A DNA stretch of 64,000 nt from Candidatus Omnitrophota bacterium. GTDB lineage: Bacteria > Omnitrophota > Gorgyraeia > Gygaellales > Profunditerraquicolaceae. The notes under the pieces were generated by a model, which was not told where the DNA came from, ran no database searches, and saw only the letters and a list, made by a program, of their open reading frames with translations. Location of the stretch: positions 32,904 to 96,903 of the forward strand of contig JAUSED010000009.1 in NCBI GenBank assembly GCA_030650425.1, written 5' to 3'. Below are positions 55,468-64,000 of the stretch, piece after piece. How positions within the stretch are numbered: position 1 is the stretch's first letter; each line of letters opens with the position of its first letter. The position numbers and the translations under genes are program-made.

Positions 55468-58241
55468 TCGATGAAATTCCCAAACAATACAATCCTAAAG
55501 AAACCGAAGATAAATGGTATAAAGCTTGGGAAGATAATAACCTATTTTCCGCCAAACCAAATCCTCAGAAGAAACCTTTCACTATAGTTATTCCTCCGCC
55601 TAATGTAACCGGAATTTTACATATGGGCCATGCTTTAAATAACACCATTCAGGACATCCTTATCCGCTACCAGCGGATGAAGGGTAAAGAAGCGCTTTGG
55701 ATGCCCGGGACTGATCACGCCGGGATCGCTACACAAAACGTCGTCGAGAAGGCTATTGCCAAAGAGGGATTAAAACGGCAGGATTTAGGCCGCCAAAATT
55801 TTATTGAACGCGTTTGGGTTTGGAAAGAGCAATACGGCTCGACGATCATCCGCCAACTTAAAAAATTAGGGGCTTCCTGCGATTGGCAACGCGAGCGTTT
55901 TACTATGGATGAGGAATACTCTAAGGCGGTAGTGGAAGTTTTTGTCAGGCTATATGAAAAAAATTTAATTTACCGGGGAAGCTATATTATTAACTGGTGC
56001 CCGCGCTGCCAAACCGCTTTATCCGATGAAGAAGCCCCGCACAAAGAACTGCAAGGGAATCTCTATTATTTAAAATACCCGCTTAAAGATAATCCGGATG
56101 AATACGTAATTGTGGCAACTACCCGGCCTGAGACGATGCTGGGTGACACCGCGGTTGCGGTTAACCCTAAAGACAAACGTTATAAGGAATTAATCGGTAA
56201 AACTTTAATCTTGCCATTGGTTAACCGGGAAATAAAAATTATTGCCGATACTCTGGTTGATTTGAAATTTGGCACCGGCGCGGTTAAAGTTACTCCTGCC
56301 CATGACCCTAATGATTACGCTATGGGAAAGAAGCATAAGCTTGAATTTATCAACGTTATGCGCGCTAATGGAACCTTAAATCAGAATGCCGGTGAATATA
56401 GCGGAATGGACAGGTTTGAGGCCAGAGAAGTAATTTTAGAGGATTTAAAAGAAAAAGGATTGTTGGAGAAAATCGAGCCACATAACTTATCTGCCGGGCA
56501 CTGCTATCGCTGTCACACGATCATCGAGCCTTATTTGTCCAAACAGTGGTTTGTGAAGATGAAACCTCTTGCCAAACCCGCATTGGAAGCGGTAAAAAAA
56601 GGTAAGATTAAATTTTATCCTACGCGTTGGGCCAAAGTTTATTTAAATTGGATGGAAAATATCCAAGATTGGTGCATCTCGCGCCAGATTTGGTGGGGGC
56701 ACCGTTTGCCTGTTTATTATTGCAGAGAATGTTCTGAACAAAACACCAAAAACCTAACACCTAACACCAAAGATGGCGTTATAGTTGCTAGAACTAAACC
56801 CGACAAATGTCCTTATTGCGGCTCTATTGATATTTACCAAGATGAAGACGTCCTGGATACTTGGTTTTCCTCCTGGCTCTGGCCATTTGCCACTTTTTAT
56901 TGGCCAGAAACTAATGGACAGTCCCCTCCCCTTCGGGGACAAGTTTCGGGGACAGTCCCTTCCGAAGATCTTAAATATTTTTATCCTACTTCAACCTTGG
57001 TAACTGCTCCGGAAATAATCTTTTTCTGGGTTGCCCGGATGATTATGGCCGGATTAGAATTCATGAAGGAGATACCCTTTAAAGACGTCTATATCCACGG
57101 GACAGTGCGCGACGTTGAAGGCAAAAAAATGTCCAAGTCTTTGGGTAATATCATTGACCCCCTGGAGATTATCAATGAATACGGCACCGATGCCCTGCGT
57201 TTCAGCCTAATCTCAATAACAGCGCAGGGGCAGGATGTATTTTTATCTAAAGAGAGGTTTGAGCAGGGAAGAAATTTTGCCAATAAAATCTGGAATGCTT
57301 CAAGATTTATTTTAATGAATTTAGAACAGGGACAGTCCCCTTCGGGGACAGTCCCTGTTCTAACTGACCTCTGCGTATTTTTTAAAAAAGAAGGCCTAAG
57401 TTTAGTCAATCGCTGGATATTAAGCAGATTTTATTCTACGCTTAGAGAAGTGGAGAAAAATCTGGAAAATTATCAGTTTAATGAAGCAGCAAATACCCTC
57501 TATGGGTTCTTCTGGCATGAATTCTGCGATTGGTACCTTGAGATAATCAAGCCGGATATTAAGAGCGTTCATAATCAGGTAGTGATGTATAAGATACTTG
57601 AGAAATTCCTAAGAGTTTTACATCCTTTTATGCCTTTTATCAGCGAAGAGATCTGGCAAAGACTTATCGAACAGGGACAGTCCCCTTCGGGGACTGTCCC
57701 TGTCAAGACTAGTATAATGATACAACTCTGGCCGCATATCCAAGAGAATATTATCGACCATAAAGCTGAAAAAACAATGCAAGAAGCTCTTGAGATTATT
57801 ACGAGCATCAGGAATATGCGCCTGGAATTAGATATCCCTCCTCAAGCCCAAAACATAGAAGTCAAGATTTCAACATCAAGTAAGAGTAAAAAGGCGGCCT
57901 TGGAGGCGCTTTCCGGCCAAATCAAGAACTTATCCAGGTTAAATAAACTGGAGATTCTTGACGAATACAGGAGAGGCTTGGGAGAATTTACCAGCGTGCT
58001 AAAGGATGCGCATATTACTATTTTTTTATCAGGGGTGATCGATATAGAAAAACATAAGGAAAAAATCAACCAAAAGATTCAGAGGACTGAGAGTGAGATT
58101 AATTTAAAAGAAAAGATGCTCTCGGATAAGAATTTCTTACAGCGGGCGCCTTCGGAGATCGTGGAAATCGAGAGGGAGAAATTAAAGAACCTAAAGGATG
58201 AAGCGCAAAAACTAAAAGGAGTAAAAGATGGCCTTAGGTAA
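55464..58241 (+). CDS. valS: Valyl-tRNA synthetase
   Basis: HMGH and KMSKS motifs, and a C-terminal coiled coil. It carries three in-frame palindromic element insertions (see the repeat features). Confidence 0.95.
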   Translation: MIDEIPKQYNPKETEDKWYKAWEDNNLFSAKPNPQKKPFTIVIPPPNVTGILHMGHALNNTIQDILIRYQRMKGKEALWMPGTDHAGIATQNVVEKAIAKEGLKRQDLGRQNFIERVWVWKEQYGSTIIRQLKKLGASCDWQRERFTMDEEYSKAVVEVFVRLYEKNLIYRGSYIINWCPRCQTALSDEEAPHKELQGNLYYLKYPLKDNPDEYVIVATTRPETMLGDTAVAVNPKDKRYKELIGKTLILPLVNREIKIIADTLVDLKFGTGAVKVTPAHDPNDYAMGKKHKLEFINVMRANGTLNQNAGEYSGMDRFEAREVILEDLKEKGLLEKIEPHNLSAGHCYRCHTIIEPYLSKQWFVKMKPLAKPALEAVKKGKIKFYPTRWAKVYLNWMENIQDWCISRQIWWGHRLPVYYCRECSEQNTKNLTPNTKDGVIVARTKPDKCPYCGSIDIYQDEDVLDTWFSSWLWPFATFYWPETNGQSPPLRGQVSGTVPSEDLKYFYPTSTLVTAPEIIFFWVARMIMAGLEFMKEIPFKDVYIHGTVRDVEGKKMSKSLGNIIDPLEIINEYGTDALRFSLISITAQGQDVFLSKERFEQGRNFANKIWNASRFILMNLEQGQSPSGTVPVLTDLCVFFKKEGLSLVNRWILSRFYSTLREVEKNLENYQFNEAANTLYGFFWHEFCDWYLEIIKPDIKSVHNQVVMYKILEKFLRVLHPFMPFISEEIWQRLIEQGQSPSGTVPVKTSIMIQLWPHIQENIIDHKAEKTMQEALEIITSIRNMRLELDIPPQAQNIEVKISTSSKSKKAALEALSGQIKNLSRLNKLEILDEYRRGLGEFTSVLKDAHITIFLSGVIDIEKHKEKINQKIQRTESEINLKEKMLSDKNFLQRAPSEIVEIEREKLKNLKDEAQKLKGVKDGLR
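56916..56967. repeat. Compound GGGGACAGTCCC palindromic element inserted in-frame in valS (copy 1)
   Basis: GGACAGTCCCCTCCCCTTCGGGGACAAGTTTCGGGGACAGTCCCTTCCGAAG. It encodes GQSPPLRGQVSGTVPS, a 16-aa insertion relative to the conserved ValS WPE...FHPTS spacing. Confidence 0.8.
57324..57360. repeat. 37-bp palindromic element inserted in-frame in valS (copy 2)
   Basis: GAACAGGGACAGTCCCC-TTC-GGGGACAGTCCCTGTTC, 17-bp arms. It encodes EQGQSPSGTVPV. Confidence 0.85.
57670..57702. repeat. 33-bp perfect palindromic element inserted in-frame in valS (copy 3)
   Basis: ACAGGGACAGTCCCC-TTC-GGGGACTGTCCCTGT. It encodes EQGQSPSGTVPV inside the conserved anticodon-binding IWQR...region. Confidence 0.85.
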
Positions 58242-59109
58242 ATATTTTCTTTCTGAAGCAGAGCCGAAACTTGATCAAGAAAAGCTGGATTACATTGTCC
58301 GTCACGCCTTAATCGAAGATATAGGCAGGGGAGATATAACCACGCAATTGACTATCCCTAAACAAAAAAAGATCGACGCGCAGATATTAGTTAAAGAAAA
58401 TTCCGTAATCTGCGGTTTAGGAGTAGCAGAAAAGGTTTTTAAGTCCATTGATGATTCGGTGAAATTCAAACCAGTGGCCAAAGAGGGCAAAGAGATAAAA
58501 GCCGGTAAAATTATTGCCAAAGTTTCGGGAAAAGCCTCAAGCATATTAAGTTCAGAGAGAGTTGCCCTAAACCTCTTAAGCATGCTTTCAGGGATAGCGA
58601 CTAAAACCAGGGAATACGTTGAGCATATTGAACCCTATAAAACTAAAATCACGGATACCCGTAAGACCTTTCCGGGGTTAAGGGAATTACAGAAATACGC
58701 TGTGCGCGTCGGAGGCGGGCATAATCATCGCATGGGTTTGGATGAGATGATCTTGATCAAAGATAACCATATCAAAGTTACTGAAGGGTATGAGAAACTC
58801 CCCAGCATACCTAAGGGGTTTAAAATTGAAATAGAAGTACAGAATCTTGACGAATTTAAGCACGCCCTGTATTTTAAGCCGGATGTGATTATGCTCGATA
58901 ATATGAGCCTCGAAGATATGAAAGAGGCGGTGAAAATCCGGAACAATACCGAATTTACCAGCCATCATCCGCCTACTATGCTTGAAGCAAGCGGCGGAGT
59001 AGGCTTTGATTCGGTTAAAAAAATCGCCGCGTTGGGAGTAGATATCATCTCTATCGGCGAGCTGACCCATTCGGTGAAAGCCATTGATATGAGCTTAGAG
59101 GTGACCTAA
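58228..59109 (+). CDS. nadC: Nicotinate-nucleotide pyrophosphorylase (quinolinate phosphoribosyltransferase)
   Basis: QPRTase fold motifs TRKTFPGLR, MILIKDNH and LDN. Confidence 0.85.
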   Translation: MALGKYFLSEAEPKLDQEKLDYIVRHALIEDIGRGDITTQLTIPKQKKIDAQILVKENSVICGLGVAEKVFKSIDDSVKFKPVAKEGKEIKAGKIIAKVSGKASSILSSERVALNLLSMLSGIATKTREYVEHIEPYKTKITDTRKTFPGLRELQKYAVRVGGGHNHRMGLDEMILIKDNHIKVTEGYEKLPSIPKGFKIEIEVQNLDEFKHALYFKPDVIMLDNMSLEDMKEAVKIRNNTEFTSHHPPTMLEASGGVGFDSVKKIAALGVDIISIGELTHSVKAIDMSLEVT

Positions 59110-59110
59110 T

Positions 59111-61084
59111 TTGTCCGGGTTTAAGCTTATTTCAAGTTATCAACCTTGCGGCGATCAGCCGGAAGCAATAAAAAAATTAACCGCGAGCATCCTTTCAGGA
59201 CATCCGGCATCCACGCTCCTCGGAGTAACCGGCTCAGGGAAAACTTTTACCCTCGCTAATGTTATAGCCGCAATAAAACTTCCCACGCTGATTATTTCGC
59301 ATAACAAAACCTTAGCCGCGCAGCTATACTCCGAATTTAAGGAATTTTTTCCGCATAACGCGGTCGAGTATTTTGTAAGTTACTACGATTATTATCAGCC
59401 GGAAGCCTACATTCCTTCCACAGATACCTATATCGAAAAAGATTCGTCTATAAATGAGCGGCTTGACCGTTTACGCTTATCAGCGACTACTTCCTTGATC
59501 AGCCGTAAAGACGTAATTATTGTCGCTTCGGTCTCTTGCATTTATAACCTGGGAGATCCGGAAAGTTATCGGGAGTTGTTAGTGCTATTGGAGAATGGCC
59601 AAGAGATTAGCCGGGATGAACTGATTGCAAAATTCATCCAGATACAATATGAAAGAAATGATTATGAATTTATCCGGGGAAGATTAAGGGTAAGGGGAGA
59701 CACCTTGGAGATTTTTCCTTCTTATCAGGAAAAGGCGATTCGTTTACAGTTAAACGGAGATAAAATTGAGAAAATCTCGGAATTTAACCCGGTTTCCGGA
59801 GAGCTTATTAGTCAATTGGATAAAATAGCGATTTATCCGGCTAAGCATTTTATTGTTTCGCAAGATAAGATCGACTCAAGCCTGCGCTCCATAAATCTAG
59901 AGCTTCAAGAGCAACTTGAGTCCTTGAGATCCAAAAATAAATTACTCGAGGCGCAGAGGCTGGAATCCCGGACTAAGTACGACTTGGAGATGTTAAAAGA
60001 AATCGGCTATTGTCACGGAATTGAGAATTATTCCCGCCATCTATCCGGCAGGCCGAGCGCTTTGCGGCCGTATTCTTTAATTGATTATTTTCAAGGGGAT
60101 TTTCTGACGGTAATCGATGAATCCCATGCCACCCTGCCTCAGATACGAGGAATGTATGAAGGAGATAAGGCCAGAAAAAAAGTACTGGTGGAATATGGTT
60201 TTCGTTTGCCTTCATGCCTGGATAACCGGCCGTTAAAATTCGAAGAGTTCAAACATTTAGTCAAGCAGGTAGTCTTTGTCTCTGCTACGCCTGATGAATA
60301 CGAGATTAAAGAGAGCGCTGGAGAGGTAATCCAACAAATTATCCGGCCGACGGGTTTAGTTGATCCTGAGATTGTTATCCGGCCGAGTCAGAATCAAGTC
60401 GAGGACCTTATCGTTGAGGTTAAAGAGCGGGCTAAGGCCAGTGAGCGCACCCTGGTTACTACGCTGACCAAACGCACTGCCGAAGATTTAACTACCTATT
60501 TAGAAGAGAAAGGCCTGAAAGTCAAATACCTGCATTCGGAGATCCAGACTATTGAGCGCTCTGCCATACTCAGGGATTTAAGAAAGAAGAAATTCGACTG
60601 TCTTGTGGGAATCAATCTACTAAGAGAAGGCCTGGACCTTCCGGAAGTATCATTAGTAGCGATTTTAGACGCGGACAAAGAAGGATTTTTACGTTCAGCG
60701 ACCAGCTTAATCCAGGTTTCAGGGAGGGCAGCGCGCAATATTAACGGAAAGGTAATTATGTACGCGGATACAATTACCGGCTCGATGAAAAAAGCTATTC
60801 TAGAGAGCAGCCGGAGAAGAAAATTGCAGTTGGAATTTAATGCTAAAAATAACATTACCGCGCGTTCAATCCAAAAATCCATCAAAGAAGGTATTGAAGG
60901 CTTAGCCCGCTCGGAAGAATTTGTAATTAACCTTACCGGAGAAGCCCGGGATGAATTTGAGTTGCGTAAATATATTTCTGAGTTAGAATATGAGATGGAA
61001 TTAGCCAGCCGTAACCTGCAATTTGAAAAAGCAGCTGTGATAAGAGATAAGCTAAAGGAACTCAAAGATGCTACTGGCCGCTGA
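59111..61084 (+). CDS. uvrB: Excinuclease ABC subunit B
   Basis: GVTGSGKTFT Walker A, helicase motifs, and a C-terminal UVR domain. Confidence 0.95.
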   Translation: MSGFKLISSYQPCGDQPEAIKKLTASILSGHPASTLLGVTGSGKTFTLANVIAAIKLPTLIISHNKTLAAQLYSEFKEFFPHNAVEYFVSYYDYYQPEAYIPSTDTYIEKDSSINERLDRLRLSATTSLISRKDVIIVASVSCIYNLGDPESYRELLVLLENGQEISRDELIAKFIQIQYERNDYEFIRGRLRVRGDTLEIFPSYQEKAIRLQLNGDKIEKISEFNPVSGELISQLDKIAIYPAKHFIVSQDKIDSSLRSINLELQEQLESLRSKNKLLEAQRLESRTKYDLEMLKEIGYCHGIENYSRHLSGRPSALRPYSLIDYFQGDFLTVIDESHATLPQIRGMYEGDKARKKVLVEYGFRLPSCLDNRPLKFEEFKHLVKQVVFVSATPDEYEIKESAGEVIQQIIRPTGLVDPEIVIRPSQNQVEDLIVEVKERAKASERTLVTTLTKRTAEDLTTYLEEKGLKVKYLHSEIQTIERSAILRDLRKKKFDCLVGINLLREGLDLPEVSLVAILDADKEGFLRSATSLIQVSGRAARNINGKVIMYADTITGSMKKAILESSRRRKLQLEFNAKNNITARSIQKSIKEGIEGLARSEEFVINLTGEARDEFELRKYISELEYEMELASRNLQFEKAAVIRDKLKELKDATGR

Positions 61085-61811
61085 CATAGGTAATACCAAC
61101 ATCTCCCTGGCTTTATTTAAAGGGAGCAAAATAAGTAAAATCCGAGATATCCCGCTCAAAGAATATACTCAATCCAAGCTGTTTAAATATATAGGTAAAG
61201 AAAGTCTTGATACCGCGCTTATCTGCAGTGTGGTACCATCAATGGCCAAAAGGCTGGCTAATGATCTAAAAAAGATATCCGGAATCAGCCCTAGGCTAAT
61301 TGGCAAAGACATATCGGTTCCGCTTAAAAATCTTTACCAAAACCCAAAGCAGCTCGGCCAAGACCGTTTGGTTAATGCCTATGCCGCAAGTAAAATTTAC
61401 TCAGCGCCGGTAATCGTGGTGAGTTGCGGCACCGCGCTCACCATTGACGCAGTTTCTAAAAATAGGGAGTTCCTTGGAGGTTTTATCCTCCCGGGATTAC
61501 GTTCTTCTTTATCCAGCCTAAACGCGGATACCGCTCTTTTACCGAAACTAAAATTAAAGCCGGCGTCCGGACTTATTGGTAGAAATACGCAAACCGGGAT
61601 TTTGAATGGCGTAATCGCAGGAAGCGCGGGGTCAATAGACTCGCTTATTGAAAAAATCCTGCTTAAAATCAGTAAGCACGCTAAAGTGATCGGAACCGGA
61701 GGAGATATATATTTGATTAAAAGGTTTTCCAGGTATATAATAAAGGTAAATAAAGAGCTTACCTTAAAAGGGATTTTTTTGGTCTACAAAAATACGCTTG
61801 AAAATGCTTAA
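61068..61811 (+). CDS. coaX: Type III pantothenate kinase
   Basis: LLAADIGNTNISLALF and a GTGGD region. Confidence 0.85.
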   Translation: MLLAADIGNTNISLALFKGSKISKIRDIPLKEYTQSKLFKYIGKESLDTALICSVVPSMAKRLANDLKKISGISPRLIGKDISVPLKNLYQNPKQLGQDRLVNAYAASKIYSAPVIVVSCGTALTIDAVSKNREFLGGFILPGLRSSLSSLNADTALLPKLKLKPASGLIGRNTQTGILNGVIAGSAGSIDSLIEKILLKISKHAKVIGTGGDIYLIKRFSRYIIKVNKELTLKGIFLVYKNTLENA

Positions 61812-62418
61812 ATTCATATTTTATTTATTTTTGCTTAGCCTTTGCTGCGTAAGAGATATTTTTGGCGCGGAAACTTCCACTAATTCCGCTCAAGCCTCTG
61901 AGGCCGGGGCCGCCTTTGAACAGGCATTAAAAAACGTTGAGGCGCAAAAAGCCGAAGAGCGAAAAGCCTTAACCTTAAAATGCAAAACAAAATTAGCCCA
62001 GTTGATTGATAATTGGCTCTCTGAAAAAGAAGCGCAAAAGAAGCCTCAGCTCAATCAGGTAATTGATCAAAACTGGGAAAAGCTTCCGTATGAATACAAC
62101 TTCACTACGCTTCATTACGATTATTACCTAAGAGGCTTTGATTATAATATTCTAAGTAGCGAAATAAAGGAGACTGAATCACTTACCGCGCCGATTAAGG
62201 CCCAGTCCGTAATTATTGAAAAAGTCTACGCGGAGAAATACCATACCCCTGACATAAGCAACGTTGATCCGTACTTCTTTACGGTGACAACGGTGATAAC
62301 CCTGAATCTGGAATTCCGTCAGGATAATTTTGTGATAATCGGTGTGGATAATAAAATAACAAAAATCGAAAATGACTGTCCGGATAGAATCAAAAGATTT
62401 GGCCGAAATTTATTTTAA
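61798..62418 (+). CDS. Hypothetical secreted protein (signal peptide)
   Basis: N-terminal MKMLKFIFYLFLLSLCC...A. No recognisable domain. Confidence 0.4.
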   Translation: MKMLKFIFYLFLLSLCCVRDIFGAETSTNSAQASEAGAAFEQALKNVEAQKAEERKALTLKCKTKLAQLIDNWLSEKEAQKKPQLNQVIDQNWEKLPYEYNFTTLHYDYYLRGFDYNILSSEIKETESLTAPIKAQSVIIEKVYAEKYHTPDISNVDPYFFTVTTVITLNLEFRQDNFVIIGVDNKITKIENDCPDRIKRFGRNLF

Positions 62419-62424
62419 AAATGC

Positions 62425-62452
62425 TTGACAAATATTTTTTTTTGATTATAAT
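62425..62452 (+). promoter_or_regulatory. Consensus sigma-70 promoter of groESL (TTGACA-16 nt-TATAAT)
   Basis: TTGACA at 62425-62430 and TATAAT at 62447-62452. Confidence 0.6.
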
Positions 62453-62478
62453 TAGCACTCTTAGAGAGCAAGTGCTAA
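62452..62478 (+). promoter_or_regulatory. CIRCE operator (HrcA binding site)
   Basis: TTAGCACTC-N9-AAGTGCTAA closely matches the CIRCE consensus TTAGCACTC-N9-GAGTGCTAA. It overlaps the -10 box. Confidence 0.8.
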
Positions 62479-62503
62479 AAGTAAACCAACAATAGAAGGA
62501 GGT

Positions 62504-62800
62504 GTGTCTATGGAAATCAAACCATTAGGCGATCGCGTTGTAGTTAAGGCTCTAGAGGCAGAATCAAAAACAAAAGGCGGTATAGTACTGCCTGATACAG
62601 CAAAAGAAAAGCCTCAAGAGGGTAAAGTTGTGGCAGTAGGCAAAGGAAAGGTTCTAGAAAACGGATCAACCCAAACGCCGGAAGTTAAAGTAGGCGATAA
62701 GGTTTTATACGGAAAATATTCCGGTAATGAAATTACCACTAAAGAAGGCGAAGAATTATTGATCATGCGCGAAGAGGATATATTAGCAATCATTAAATAA
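62504..62800 (+). CDS. groES: Co-chaperonin GroES
   Basis: [42 protein letters not shown]. Confidence 0.95.
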   Translation: MSMEIKPLGDRVVVKALEAESKTKGGIVLPDTAKEKPQEGKVVAVGKGKVLENGSTQTPEVKVGDKVLYGKYSGNEITTKEGEELLIMREEDILAIIK

Positions 62801-62820
62801 TTATAGGGACGGTTCGAAAA

Positions 62821-62852
62821 TTCGTAGCGGACATTTAAATGTCCGCTACGAA
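62821..62852 (+). other. 13-bp inverted-repeat stem-loop in the groES-groEL intergenic region
   Basis: TTCGTAGCGGACA-TTTAAA-TGTCCGCTACGAA. Confidence 0.5.
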
Positions 62853-62860
62853 TTGAATAG

Positions 62861-64000
<1,140 letters not shown>

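Noticed and set aside
56740-56775. Short direct repeat AACACCAAAAACCTAACACCTAACACCAAA in valS (NTKNLTPNTKDG).
   Set aside because: It is a low-complexity linker between two CxxC zinc-knuckle motifs. It is not palindromic, was not seen elsewhere, and is likely ordinary sequence drift.
18731-57702. Possibility that the GGGGACA repeats form a CRISPR array.
   Set aside because: The copies are palindromic and irregularly spaced. Several occur singly inside ORFs in frame. Others are inverted repeat pairs with 21-27 nt spacers. There is no regular repeat-spacer periodicity and no cas genes.

Overview
This 64-kb window comes from a low-GC bacterium, probably an uncultivated anaerobe. Almost everything is housekeeping on the + strand, with very short or overlapping gene junctions. 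Contents in order:
- RNase HI tail, an expanded RNase P RNA, yebC-ruvC-ruvA, scpB.
- An aromatic amino-acid block: pheA-hisC-DAHP synthase-tyrA.
- cmk-lepA-lepB-pgsA-plsY.
- An AT-rich accessory segment (about 11.4 to 18.7 kb) holding a promoter-equipped 110-aa ORF, a PIN-domain gene translationally coupled to a 56-aa ORF, a 927-aa secreted TPR/beta-barrel protein, and a convergent 1082-aa GH94-like protein.
- gatCAB, ctpA, a YibQ-like deacetylase, tsaD, mgtC, and a bactofilin fused to an excisionase-type HTH followed by an HTH/TM partner.
- A corrinoid iron-sulfur protein module (larB, FwdE-like, acsC, RACo, cooC, acsD, acsE) with no CODH/ACS catalytic genes in the window.
- tRNA-Met(CAT), two histidine kinase/response regulator pairs, a Wzx-type flippase (- strand), tilS-ftsH-folP-cdaA-(ybbR remnant)-pdxJ-acpS-nnrD.
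- A tRNA cluster: Thr(TGT), Tyr(GTA) interrupted by a 205-nt Azoarcus-like group I intron, and Gly(TCC).
- A ThyA-like protein, gpsA, tRNA-Pro(GGG), two PilZ proteins, a thr/lys block (hom-thrC-coaB-apgM-lysC), cimA/leuA, valS, nadC, uvrB, coaX, a secreted hypothetical, and CIRCE-controlled groES-groEL.

The most striking signal is a family of GGGGACA-containing palindromic repeats. Three copies of a hairpin element sit in intergenic regions. Four related about 36-bp palindromes are inserted in-frame into essential genes, three in valS and one in gatA, and add GQSPSGTVP-like peptide loops. This resembles Rickettsia palindromic elements.
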